51,574 bases of DNA from Balanoglossus misakiensis (taxonomy: Eukaryota > Animalia > Hemichordata): contig JBECUI020000056.1 in NCBI GenBank assembly GCA_040954595.2, forward strand, positions 1 to 51,574, in the 5' to 3' direction. Within the stretch, counting starts at the first letter, position 1, and each line of letters starts with the position of its first letter. A program made the translations under genes and the position numbers. Positions 1 to 9,260 of the stretch are shown piece after piece. The notes under the pieces are model-generated. The model saw nothing but the letters and a program-made list of their open reading frames with translations. It was not told where the DNA came from and made no database searches.

Positions 1-118
1 TTTGCAGATCATTCAAGACATCTTCGTCGTCTATTTTAACCGTAATGTTTCCCGTATCAACACTTTGTATTTCTCCCAGTTTTTTTGCATCATCTAGTTG
101 TATTTTATTATTTTCCAT
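1..118 (-). CDS. 5' end of a HerA-like ATPase (HAS-barrel N-terminus), runs off the window edge
   Basis: Not in the ORF track. Manual translation from ATG at 118 gives MENNKIQLDDAKKLGEIQSVDTGNITVKIDDEDVLNDLQ, preceded by AGGGA. The G-x-I-x-S-V-D-T...L-x-x-L-Q pattern resembles HerA N-termini, and it starts 12 nt after the restored Sir2 stop. Only 39 codons are visible. Confidence 0.65.
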   Translation of the reverse strand, partial: MENNKIQLDDAKKLGEIQSVDTGNITVKIDDEDVLNDLQ

Positions 119-130
119 AATGTTTTCCCT

Positions 131-1038
131 TTATAATACTCTTTGCACAAATTGATTAACTTGCCATATACTTTCATTGAACATAGTTTCACATACTTTA
201 CCATCTTCTTTATAAGAAATTTTAGCTCCTTTTATATTACTTTCTTCTATTAAAATCATTTTTTTACTTCATTAGACTTAAGTTTTTTTATCATATTTTT
301 TGTAGCTTGTTTAGTAATAACGACAATAGGTATGTCTTGTTTAATTTTTTCGTCTATTTTAGGCGTTATGTGTTCATCATTAAATCCAAACCCTACAACT
401 AAGAAACTATTTGACTCCTCTATTATTTTATCTGATTTTGCTATTAGACTTCTGAAAGGTTCTTGTGAAGCGTCTCTATACTTGTTCTTAGTTGGATAAA
501 TAGCGTTCATCTCGGTATTATGATAAGAGTATCTTATTTGTTCATCAGTTTTCGCCCAGCGTAAAGAACCATGTACCTTGATGATGTTAATTATGCCTTT
601 ATCTTTAAATCGTCCTCTATCAAATGTGGAAAACTCATGTCCAATAAATCCATCCGTAAAAGGGAGATTGTGGTATGCACAGCAATATTCTAAACTACAA
701 TCATAGTTGGTTGTAATAATATTTACGCATCTAGGATGATTGTCATAAAACTTACTAATCAGTGTCTTTATTCCCTTTAAAATAGCGTTATCCTTGATTT
801 TGTTCCTCAATTGAGCATCACATTGATTTATAATTTCAAATATCTTTTTATGATATTTAACACTGTTTAATTCTGATAATATTTCCTCCAAATTTCCTTT
901 TTTTGTTATGTCTAACTTTAATTTCAAAGTATCCATTGAAGGCATCCCCAAGGGAATGGTTCCACCTGATCCCCAAATAATGGTTGGTGTTTTTTCTAAA
1001 TACTTTTGAATCATTTGTATTATATTTTCGTTTTCCAT
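131..1038 (-). CDS. SIR2-family protein (SIR2_2 type, defence-associated), with a 1-nt frameshift near the 3' end
   Basis: Motifs IIWGSG, TTNYD, KVHGS, VVGFGFNDEHI. The ORF-track stop at 256 follows an A7 run (259-265). Adding one A continues the protein as MILIEE...SIWQVNQFVQRVL* ending at 131. Confidence 0.85.
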
Positions 1039-1135
1039 CTTTATTACTTGTTCATTTTAACACATTTATCGATTTTCCTTCCGCCACAATCTTATCAATA
1101 GAGCTACTTAGCCAGCTCTGTTTCTTTACAATATG

Positions 1136-1747
1136 TTAATCTTCAGATCTTTCAGAATCCATTCGTCTTCGCCGTTCGTCCAAGGTTTCATCATCATACA
1201 TCCAGTAAAGCGTTCCAGCAACTGGCCCGGACCCCAAAAGTTCCTCGGCTGATGATGACAAACTTACAGACTTTCCATTTAATTTAATTTTATTACCGGA
1301 AAGGACTTCTGCCTCGACTGATGCATCACGAGAAAAATATATCGTTTCCCCCACTGATATGTTATACTTTTCAAAAACAAACCGTGAACGTTTTTTCTTT
1401 TTCTCGGCAATCCCTTTTTTTTCCTTTTCTGTTGCTAATGGTCCTGGGACTGCTACTTCTTCTTCCTGAATTCTACGTAATACAGTTACAACCCGCTCTG
1501 GATCCACAGTAAAAAACTCTCGGTTATCACGAGCTCGTTTATCAGAAAATATCATGTGAACCCATTTTTCGTCTGCTTGAGCATCTTGAACCTTACAAGC
1601 ATAATAGACCTCAAATGGTAAAGGGACGCCAGTACGATCTAAATTTTTCAATCGATCTTCTAGAGATCCTGTAGTATACCCGATCTTAATATAGTCTGGC
1701 ATCGATTCGTTGATAAGTACATATATAGTTCCTTCTTTAGTTTTCAT
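1136..1747 (-). CDS. GIY-YIG (T5orf172-type) nuclease with C-terminal RAMA-like domain
   Basis: N-terminal GTIYVL...YIKIGYT...R...L.RTGVP.PF...REFF. C-terminal IKLNGKSVSLSSSAEELL...GTLYWMY. Start moved to ATG 1747, which follows AAGGTGG. Confidence 0.8.
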   Translation of the reverse strand: MKTKEGTIYVLINESMPDYIKIGYTTGSLEDRLKNLDRTGVPLPFEVYYACKVQDAQADEKWVHMIFSDKRARDNREFFTVDPERVVTVLRRIQEEEVAVPGPLATEKEKKGIAEKKKKRSRFVFEKYNISVGETIYFSRDASVEAEVLSGNKIKLNGKSVSLSSSAEELLGSGPVAGTLYWMYDDETLDERRRRMDSERSED

Positions 1748-1891
1748 ATCATCCACCTTTTTCGCATAAATAAGCAAAATTTAATTATCTACAACATCAT
1801 TGTATTATTTATTATGACATTATACAAAATTATCTGTCAATTACAATTTTCCTGAACTTATGGGAGAAAGATAAAAAAATCATGATGTGTA

Positions 1892-1952
1892 TTCCCTGAC
1901 GCTATACAAAGATCCAGCTTCCTGGATTTGCAATCCCTTCAAAATCAGGGAA
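1892..1952. other. Nested inverted repeat / stem-loop in island intergenic DNA
   Basis: TTCCCTGA (1892-1899) pairs with TCAGGGAA (1945-1952) and encloses ATCCAG-CTTC-CTGGAT (1912-1927). Function unknown. Confidence 0.4.
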
Positions 1953-1969
1953 GCCCACCTTCGCGGCTC

Positions 1970-2333
1970 TTAGTATTCTTGGGAAAAGTGTAGTTCTTTG
2001 TCTTCTGTTATTGTAAAAACACTATGACTGCCGTCATTGCCGGTTATATATCCCAACCCTTCTTGCTCTATCATGGTAGCATCTGCAAATAGTATCTTTA
2101 CATCAAAATGACAGTCCCCATCCGAGGAAATTTTTCTCTGCTGGGTTGTATCGGGCAAAATATTGCTCAGGGTCAGTGTTTTTCCGCAGTACTTCAATTC
2201 TACTTCAGCTACGGCAATACCTGAGTTGTTGGTAATAGTAATTTTTGTTGTAGCTGAGCAGATAGCAATATGTAAAAACCCAGAATGGCAGCCAGCAAAA
2301 CGAGGGTAATGACATAGCTACTCATTCCGACAT
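1970..2333 (-). CDS. Small membrane-anchored/secreted hypothetical protein, frameshifted near the N-terminus
   Basis: GAGGAG followed by ATG at 2333. A hydrophobic stretch YVITLVLLAAILGFYI joins, via indel(s), the reading TKITITNNSGIAVAEVELKYCGK... of ORF 1970-2197. Confidence 0.5.
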
Positions 2334-2362
2334 TGTGGGAAGCTCCTCTACCACGCGGCATA

Positions 2363-3287
2363 TCAGTCGGCTACCTTTATTATTACATTGCCTTTTTTTT
2401 CGCCCAGTATCGCCGTACCGATGTGCCTCAACTATATCATCGATTGCATACACCTTATCAATAACCGGTTTTATCATATTGCTTTCAATAAGTTCTGTCA
2501 GGGCTGTCATGTATTCCAGGCATACATCCGTAGGAGACTTTACTGAAAGATAATGCCCGTTCTGTTTTAAGACGGTTTTACACAGAGCAGATGATACTTT
2601 ACCTACCGCATCAAAGACAACATCGTATTCCTTACCTGTTTGAGTGAAATCTTCAGTTTTGTAATCAATACATACATCCGGCCCTATAGATTTAATCAAG
2701 TCAAAATTACCACTGCTACATACCGCTGTTACCACAGCCCCATAATGCTTTGCGAGTTGAACTGCATAGGTTCCAACACTTCCAGAAGCTCCATAGATAA
2801 GAACGTGTTGTCCTTGTTGGACATCTGCCTTTCTAAGAAGATGCAAGGCGGTCATGCCTCCAATGGGAACAGCCGCCGCCTCTTCGAAAGACAAATTATT
2901 CGGCATTATAGCGAGCCCACTGGAACTGCCGTTCCAGCTCTCCGGAACGCATAGGTACTCTACATAACATCCGCCTTTTGTCGTCCCAAAAACCTTATCA
3001 CCTATCTTCACCGAGTGGACATCTTTCCCTACTGCTTCAACTTGCCCGGAGAATTCATAGCCGAGTATTTGCTTGCGAGGTTTGGTAAGACCAAACATGA
3101 AACGTATCATTATCTTAAAGAATGTTGAACCGGGATACGTGCCTTTCCGAACCCATATGCTTCCTGCTGATACCGTCGAGGCATACACTTTGATAAGTAC
3201 TTCCTTACTCTTTGGGCTGGGCTTCTCAATATCAGTAATGCTGAGAACCTCCGGGGGACCATAATTTTTATATATCGCTGCTTTCAT
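2363..3287 (-). CDS. NAD(P)-dependent MDR-family oxidoreductase (quinone-reductase/alcohol-dehydrogenase-like)
   Basis: MKAAIY..YGPPEVL, LGYEFSGQV, YGASGSVG, VFDAVG; RBS AAGGAG. Removing one base from the T8 run at 2393-2400 restores the usual end GRKKGNVIIKVAD* at 2363. Confidence 0.85.
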
Positions 3288-3445
3288 TAATTACTCCTTG
3301 TAATTTTTTACGTACGTCAATGCTCACAGACAAGAGGTAAGTAAAACATTGCCGTAATTAGGATTGTAGCATAGAATTGCAAGTATGGTTTGTGTTATTC
3401 TTTTTTTCTTCACTACAGAGAGACCAAGGCAAGCAGGGGGTCTAA

Positions 3446-3664
3446 CTATTTTTTCAAACTCTCAAAATAAGAAACTTGTTCGCTTTTTAATTCTTGGCAA
3501 GCAATTGTTTCATAAGCGCTTAGATCGGCTTCTTGTTTTAATGCCTCAAATGCGGTAGTAGGAGTTTTTCCAGTACTCCACCCTATAACCTGACAATTTT
3601 CAGTATCGTTTAAGTTATTGTCCCGCGTAAACCCATCTGTTGTGTAAAAAATATATCTGCTCAT
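3446..3664 (-). CDS. Small hypothetical protein (72 aa), translationally coupled to the upstream HNH gene
   Basis: Its start overlaps the HNH stop (ATGA at 3661-3664). Protein-like sequence YIFYTTDGFT...ENCQVIG. Confidence 0.65.
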   Translation of the reverse strand: MSRYIFYTTDGFTRDNNLNDTENCQVIGWSTGKTPTTAFEALKQEADLSAYETIACQELKSEQVSYFESLKK

Positions 3665-4260
3665 AATAAACCCTTGTTTATTTCTAATAATTTGTTTTGC
3701 AAACTCTTAATAGTTTCTTCTTCAGCAAAATGTGCCATTCTGTGATGATGTGCACACAGAACTGATAAATTCCATACAGCATCTTCACCGCCCTGAAATA
3801 AGGGAACAATATGATGAACTTCAATATATGGTATCTTTTCAGGCGTTAAAAAGCTGTTCTTGCAATGAGGAACTAAACAATTAAAACCAAATTTTTCTTT
3901 AGCCTCATCCACCAATGTAGATGATCGTATATACGTTTCCACTATGTATTCTATTTTGTGTGGGTCTTCGTTCTTGTCTATAACTATATTTCTTAACCCT
4001 TCTTTTTTTTCTAGTAAATCAACACCCTGCAACGTGTAACATCCTGAGTTGTCTACAAAAGACAGAAACTCTTCATCTCTTAATTCTTGCAACAGTCTTC
4101 TAACCGTATTCTGCGGTGTCTCCCCACCAATACCTATAATGTCATAATTATTATACCGAGTATTGAGCTCCTTTAATGAGAACGTTCTTTTATCGATCTC
4201 ATTACAAAAACGTATTAAAAGTTCTTTCAGGGCTTCTTTCTGTGCCATGTAGTCCTCCAT
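3661..4260 (-). CDS. Winged-helix-HNH endonuclease (candidate modification-dependent, type IV-like restriction enzyme)
   Basis: C-terminal C...C...YIEVHHIVPL..GG.D...NL..LC..HH (McrA-like HNH). N-terminal TVRRLLQELRDEEFLSF...GCY resembles the DpnI C-terminal winged helix. The start may be the internal ATG of MAQK, which follows GGAGG. Confidence 0.8.
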   Translation of the reverse strand: MEDYMAQKEALKELLIRFCNEIDKRTFSLKELNTRYNNYDIIGIGGETPQNTVRRLLQELRDEEFLSFVDNSGCYTLQGVDLLEKKEGLRNIVIDKNEDPHKIEYIVETYIRSSTLVDEAKEKFGFNCLVPHCKNSFLTPEKIPYIEVHHIVPLFQGGEDAVWNLSVLCAHHHRMAHFAEEETIKSLQNKLLEINKGLL

Positions 4261-4389
4261 AATGTTTTATTAGTTTCATAAATCTCAAGATTCACTATTT
4301 GCCATATACAATATTAACAGCATACACAGCCAATCCTGAAAATTCACAACAGGCGTTGCGTTTATGCAGCAGCGGGATAAGATCCTTCA

Positions 4390-4923
4390 TCAATGCCAAC
4401 CACTTTTTGTTTTCCAAACCTCAAGTTCCCATTGAGCTAAACTCTTTTCGCCGGCGACAATTTTGGCTTTTTTGATAATTTCTCTATACTCGTCTATACA
4501 GTCCAATTTAGTCCAAGCAATATTTGAGCAACCAATTTTAGTCAGCATAATTCCATCAACTGGGAAATGCGGGGGCTCATTAATTTTATAAAAATCAAGG
4601 CACCAAAGGTACTTCAAGTATAGATTCAGAGACTTCTGCGCTGTTCCAATCCTAAAACGTTCGTCTTTAAGAATTTCCCCATGATCTTTTGACATCTCAT
4701 TTGCTAAATAAACAATATTGTTTTCGTGTTGTTCTTCATCAATACGTTTACCATTGCCAGCATATTGTTTGCTTAAACATCTAATCCGACATCCAAGATC
4801 TTTCTTAAATTCTTCGCGTTTTTTCTCGCTTTTATACACTGAATTTCTTTGTAATGTTGCCATCAGTGTCAGAAACATAATCTCAGATTCTATAAATTTC
4901 TGTTGGGGTTCCGTCATAATCAA
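4390..4923 (-). CDS. Hypothetical protein with G-x-AQK-x-LNLYLKY...PPHFPVD motif
   Basis: Clean 177-aa ORF with GGGAGG RBS at 4928-4933. Function is inferred only (see findings). Confidence 0.7.
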   Translation of the reverse strand: MIMTEPQQKFIESEIMFLTLMATLQRNSVYKSEKKREEFKKDLGCRIRCLSKQYAGNGKRIDEEQHENNIVYLANEMSKDHGEILKDERFRIGTAQKSLNLYLKYLWCLDFYKINEPPHFPVDGIMLTKIGCSNIAWTKLDCIDEYREIIKKAKIVAGEKSLAQWELEVWKTKSGWH

Positions 4924-4964
4924 CTAGCCTCCCTGTGCTCTTCTTCATTAAGAATCGTTAATGA

Positions 4965-5052
4965 CGGAGAGAGGGGGATTCGAACCCCCGGTACCGCAGA
5001 ACGGTACAACGGATTTCGAGTCCGCCCGATTCAACCACTCTCGCATCTCTCC
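4965..5052 (-). tRNA. tRNA-Ser(CGA), CCA not encoded
   Basis: Acceptor stem GGAGAGA/TCTCTCC, anticodon loop CT-CGA-AA, long variable arm, T-loop GGTTCGAATCC, discriminator G followed by TCA. Confidence 0.95.
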
Positions 5053-5059
5053 GCTTTTA

Positions 5060-5088
5060 ACTATATCGAAAGAAGAAAACTCTCACAA
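5060..5088 (-). promoter_or_regulatory. sigma70-type promoter for tRNA-Ser
   Basis: TTGTGA-N17-TATAGT on the minus strand; predicted start ~5053, adjacent to the tRNA 5' end. Confidence 0.55.
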
Positions 5089-5155
5089 TACCCCACCATG
5101 CACCGCCTATAGTTGACACTATCGTACATTACGTATAGTGTAACTAAAAGAAATA

Positions 5156-6577
5156 ATGAAACGAATACTTATTCTGTTTTTCTTTATACCGATTTCTTTG
5201 TACGCAGAAAAAACGGTATTTATTGTTGCACAGGGTGATGTCAACCGCACATTAACCTCGCATATACGGCGAGGCGTGCAAGAAGCAAAAAACATTGAAG
5301 CAACAACCATCATTCTTATGATCAACACCTTCGGTGGACTCGTGAACGAAGCCTTATCAATTACAACCCTACTCGGCGGAACAGAGGATATCCGTACAAT
5401 TGCCTACATTCCCGTTGCCGACGGTGTATCAGGAGTCAGCTGGTCAGCCGGTGCATTAATAGCATTTTCTTGTAATGAGATATACATGGAATCAGGGACC
5501 AGCATCGGTTCGGCAACCCCAGTACAGGCAAGTGCTGAGGGCATGCAGGCTGCAGACGAAAAAGTAATGAGTGCCCTCCGCGCACAGATGCGTGCATTGG
5601 CAGAAAAGAACGGATACAACCCTGATATTGCAGTTGCGATGGTCGATCGAGACATTGCACTCTATGTATCCGAGCAAAACGGAAACACAGTTTTAGTACA
5701 AGAACAAAACATACCGGAAGGCGCAAAGAAAGAACTCTTTCTTGCAAGTGATAAACTGCTTGCCTTGACAGCAGGGGAAATGGAGCAATTCGGACAGGCA
5801 ACGATTGTAAAGAATCGAGATGATGTATACACGAAGTTAAACATAACAGAAGATGAAGTCCTTATTATTGAGCAGGATACAACCGATCAAATTCTTGCAT
5901 TTCTTTCCAATGAGATCGTACAAGGTCTTCTGTATCTTATCGGTATAGGCGGACTATATTTTGTTATATCCCGTGGAACATTTGGGATAGCAGGACTTGC
6001 CGCCATCCTTGCCTTTTCCGTGCTCTTTCTTACCAGCACCCTGCTAGGCAATATGGGTTCGCTGGAAATATTACTGCTCATTGCCGGAGTCATACTCATT
6101 ATTTTAGAAATATTTGTTATCCCCGGTTTTGGGGTTGCAGGGATTGCGGGAGGACTTATGTTACTGACAGCCTTTGTCCTGATGCAACAAGATTTTATCT
6201 GGCCGGACATATCTTGGCAGTGGGACATCTTGTGGAAAAACATTACTGTTGTTATAATAAGCATTGTTGCAGCTATTGTTCTCGTCGGTATTGGGGTAGT
6301 TCTTATTCCCCTATTTACCCAAGAGAAAAAAAAGAAGGGAAAAAATGTGCATACAAAAAAATCCGCGCCCTCTTGGCAAACATTTGATAGCACAGAAAAA
6401 CTTCGTATAGGCAGCAAGGGAATATGTTTGACCGACTTACGTCCGATAGGGAAGGCGGAATTTGGTACTATTCGATGTCAGGTACGCACCATCGGTGATT
6501 ATATTAGTGCTGGAAAGCCAATTATCATCATGGGAAAGGACACATTTGATATTATTGTCAAGGAGACAAAAGAATGA
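5156..6577 (+). CDS. nfeD: NfeD family membrane-bound serine protease (YqeZ-like)
   Basis: INTFGG, WSAGALI, IGSATPV, DEK; several transmembrane helices with [10 protein letters not shown]; C-terminal [11 protein letters not shown]-fold. Confidence 0.9.
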   Translation: MKRILILFFFIPISLYAEKTVFIVAQGDVNRTLTSHIRRGVQEAKNIEATTIILMINTFGGLVNEALSITTLLGGTEDIRTIAYIPVADGVSGVSWSAGALIAFSCNEIYMESGTSIGSATPVQASAEGMQAADEKVMSALRAQMRALAEKNGYNPDIAVAMVDRDIALYVSEQNGNTVLVQEQNIPEGAKKELFLASDKLLALTAGEMEQFGQATIVKNRDDVYTKLNITEDEVLIIEQDTTDQILAFLSNEIVQGLLYLIGIGGLYFVISRGTFGIAGLAAILAFSVLFLTSTLLGNMGSLEILLLIAGVILIILEIFVIPGFGVAGIAGGLMLLTAFVLMQQDFIWPDISWQWDILWKNITVVIISIVAAIVLVGIGVVLIPLFTQEKKKKGKNVHTKKSAPSWQTFDSTEKLRIGSKGICLTDLRPIGKAEFGTIRCQVRTIGDYISAGKPIIIMGKDTFDIIVKETKE

Positions 6578-7581
6578 ATTATATTACACTGTTTTTGATT
6601 GCCATAGCCGCTGTCGTTGCTATTTTCATACTATCGATATTTCTGATATTTTTTCAGTATTGGTTTCGAGCACTTTTTTCAGGTGCCTATGTCAAACTAA
6701 ACAGACTCTTCGGTATGTACATCCGAAAGGTCAGCATGAAGAGAATTGTTGATGCAAGAATTATGCTGATAAAAGCAGGCATGGACATTGATACCGATCA
6801 ACTAGAAACACATTTACTAGCTGGTGGAGATCTGGAACTCGTAAGTCGTGCACTTGTTGCCGCAAACAAGGCAAACATTGAGCTAACATTTGAACGAGCC
6901 GCCGCCATTGATCTTGCCGGACGAGATGTTTTGGATGCAGTCCAGACAAGCGTAAATCCGAAGGTCATTGACTGCCCCAATCCCGAAAGCGGGAAAACAA
7001 CAATCGACGCGGTAGCAAAAGACGGCATACAGGTACGCGCCCGCGCGCGGGTTACCGTTCGCGCCAATCTTGACCGCCTCGTCGGTGGAGCAATGGAGGA
7101 AACCATTATTGCTCGAGTCGGCGAAGGAATTGTTACCACCATTGGTTCGGCAGCGACGTATAAAGATGTTCTGGAAGATCCCGATAAAATATCAAGTACC
7201 GTACTCAATAAGGGGTTAGATTCAGGCACAGCCTTTGAAATTCTCTCCATTGATATAGCTGATGTTGACATTGGTGAAAACATTGGAGCAAAACTTCAAG
7301 CTGATCAGGCGGAAGCTGATGTGCGTAAGTTCCAGGCACTCGCCGAAAAACGCCGCGCCGAAGCATTTGCACGCGAACAAGAAATGATTGCTCTGGTACA
7401 GGAAAACCGTGCGAAGGTCGTAGAAGCCGAAGCACAAATCCCACAGGCCATGGCTGAATCCTTCAGGAAAGGGAACATGGGAATTATGGACTATTACCGC
7501 ATGCAGAATATTCAGGCAGATACTTCCATGCGACAGAACCTGGGAAGTGAAATGGAGAAATCAACCGACCCACAGGAATAA
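6574..7581 (+). CDS. floA: Flotillin-like protein FloA (YqfA)
   Basis: [45 protein letters not shown]; overlaps the nfeD stop. Confidence 0.93.
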   Translation: MNYITLFLIAIAAVVAIFILSIFLIFFQYWFRALFSGAYVKLNRLFGMYIRKVSMKRIVDARIMLIKAGMDIDTDQLETHLLAGGDLELVSRALVAANKANIELTFERAAAIDLAGRDVLDAVQTSVNPKVIDCPNPESGKTTIDAVAKDGIQVRARARVTVRANLDRLVGGAMEETIIARVGEGIVTTIGSAATYKDVLEDPDKISSTVLNKGLDSGTAFEILSIDIADVDIGENIGAKLQADQAEADVRKFQALAEKRRAEAFAREQEMIALVQENRAKVVEAEAQIPQAMAESFRKGNMGIMDYYRMQNIQADTSMRQNLGSEMEKSTDPQE

Positions 7582-7622
7582 GGGCCAGGGGAAACACAGG
7601 GAAAACAGAAGACGGAACGGAA

Positions 7623-8078
7623 ATGCAAAATTTGTTTGAATTATTCAGTGGAATTGTAGATTTTTTCTTTACTATTTTGCCTTTTCTTGCTATATTCTTG
7701 TTTCTCCGCCGACTTTTTTCGAAACGAAAAACTCAGGGAAAGGAAAACACTATTTATGATGAAGAAGCACCTTCAGATACAGAAGAAACCGAGTATCAAC
7801 AACAAACTTACTATCAAACAGATGCGGCTACTACCGCAACAGCGCATTATACTGCCCCATCACCCGTTTTGCAAAAAAGGGAAAGCAACATTCCACGCCC
7901 CCTCTACACGAGGACTTCCCTCTCATCCGCTACAGATACGCAGTATAATACCAAGAATACAAATGCGAAGAATGTGGTTTCCAAACGGAGTTCTCAATTT
8001 ACAAAGAAAATACAACAACTTCCTATTGCCGGTCAAGCCATTGTATGGCATGAGATTCTAAATAGACCCTATAAATAA
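7623..8078 (+). CDS. YqfB-like third gene of the nfeD-floA operon
   Basis: N-terminal transmembrane helix, low-complexity middle, C-terminal QAIVWHEILNRP; position after floA. Confidence 0.65.
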   Translation: MQNLFELFSGIVDFFFTILPFLAIFLFLRRLFSKRKTQGKENTIYDEEAPSDTEETEYQQQTYYQTDAATTATAHYTAPSPVLQKRESNIPRPLYTRTSLSSATDTQYNTKNTNAKNVVSKRSSQFTKKIQQLPIAGQAIVWHEILNRPYK

Positions 8079-8120
8079 GAGGAAAAATCTATAGCAATAT
8101 AGCAAACCCTGTTGTAATCC

Positions 8121-9134
8121 CTATTGTAATAGTTCCAGTTCAAAGACTAGAAATGAATCTGGTGGAATAACGTTAGCAGCTCCACGACTACCGTATGCCA
8201 ATTCCGGCGGAATAACGGTTGTAATACGCTCACCATAACCCATATTCAGGATTGCTTCCTCCCAACCCGGAATAACACTATTGGTTCCCAGTGTTACAGC
8301 AAAAGGTTCATTTCTGCTATAGCTGGAATCAAAGGTGGTGCCATCAAGTAACATACCTGTATAATGTACCGATACAGCATCCCCAGCTTGGGGTCTCTTA
8401 TTTCCAGTTGTTGTTTCCCGAATAATATACACTCCGCTTTCTAGGCGCTCTGCATTCGGCCAGCGTTCTTGTATCGTCTGTTGATCAGCTGCATATTTTG
8501 CCTGTTGTTCCGCAAAATCTTTTTTGCGAAGTTCAGCAACCAGACGATCAAATTCCTTTTGCGAGACCTTAAATTCATTTGCATGCGTTCCTACTCGCAG
8601 TATTTTCACTTCCTGCATAATGTCGCCTTCCTCAATGGCATTGACAATATCAATCCCGGAAAGAACTTTACCAAAAACCGTATGTTTGTCATCCAGCCAG
8701 GGAGTTTCCGTATGCGTAATAAAAAATTGGCTCCCATTAGTATCAGGACCACTGTTTGCCATGGAAAGAATACCAGCAGAATCATGACGCAGGGAAGAAT
8801 CAAACTCATCAGGAAAAGAATATCCCGGTCCCCCTCTTCCATTGCCTTGCGGATCACCACCTTGAATAACAAAATTTTCTACTACCCGATGAAATGTTAA
8901 TCCGTTAAAAAATAGTTTTCCCTCTTCTTGGTTTGTTGTAAGCATACCTTCAGCCAATCCAACAAAATTCATAACAGTTAGGGGAACCTTATCATAGAAT
9001 AAGCGAACAAGAATTTCTCCTTTTGTAGTTAGAAAACGTGCATATATCCCATCTTCAAGATTTTCTTGTGAACAGGCTGGGATAATAGCAGCTGTAAACA
9101 ATATGCCCCATAATAAATATTTTGAAAAAGCCAT
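8121..9134 (-). CDS. Bifunctional cyclophilin + FKBP peptidyl-prolyl isomerase, probable lipoprotein
   Basis: Cyclophilin FHRVV..FVIQGGDP, LSMANSG, NGSQFFITH, WLDDKHTVFG; FKBP VHYTG.LLDG..FDSS, VIPGWEE, IPPELAYG; IIPAC lipobox-like site. Start uncertain (9134-9158). Confidence 0.92.
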   Translation of the reverse strand: MAFSKYLLWGILFTAAIIPACSQENLEDGIYARFLTTKGEILVRLFYDKVPLTVMNFVGLAEGMLTTNQEEGKLFFNGLTFHRVVENFVIQGGDPQGNGRGGPGYSFPDEFDSSLRHDSAGILSMANSGPDTNGSQFFITHTETPWLDDKHTVFGKVLSGIDIVNAIEEGDIMQEVKILRVGTHANEFKVSQKEFDRLVAELRKKDFAEQQAKYAADQQTIQERWPNAERLESGVYIIRETTTGNKRPQAGDAVSVHYTGMLLDGTTFDSSYSRNEPFAVTLGTNSVIPGWEEAILNMGYGERITTVIPPELAYGSRGAANVIPPDSFLVFELELLQ

Positions 9135-9152
9135 ACAAAATGTTAGCATTAT

Positions 9153-9180
9153 TTGCAAAAGAAGTCTATTCTGTTATGAT
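9153..9180 (+). promoter_or_regulatory. sigma70-type promoter for tRNA-Gly/coaX
   Basis: TTGCAA-N16-TATGAT with extended -10 TG, 9 nt before the tRNA. Confidence 0.55.
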
Positions 9181-9189
9181 AAAGGTATC

Positions 9190-9260
9190 GCGAGCGTCGT
9201 ATAATGGTATTATCCCAGCTTCCCAAGCTGGTGACGCGGGTTCAATTCCCGTCGCTCGCT
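9190..9260 (+). tRNA. tRNA-Gly(CCC), CCA not encoded
   Basis: Acceptor stem GCGAGCG/CGCTCGC, anticodon arm CCAGC-TT-CCC-AA-GCTGG, T-loop GGTTCAATTCC, discriminator T. Confidence 0.95.

Noticed and set aside
1039-4964. Integron cassette array (co-oriented short genes, as in some treponemes)
   Set aside because: No repeated attC-like elements with RYYYAAC/GTTRRRY ends were found in the spacers, the spacers are unrelated to each other, and no integrase is present in the window.
4903-5112. 69-aa plus-strand ORF
   Set aside because: It is the antisense reading of tRNA-Ser.
7582-7622. Purine-rich short repeats (CAGGGGAAACA/CAGGGAAAACA) after floA
   Set aside because: Two short imperfect copies with no spacer structure; not a CRISPR array or any recognisable element.
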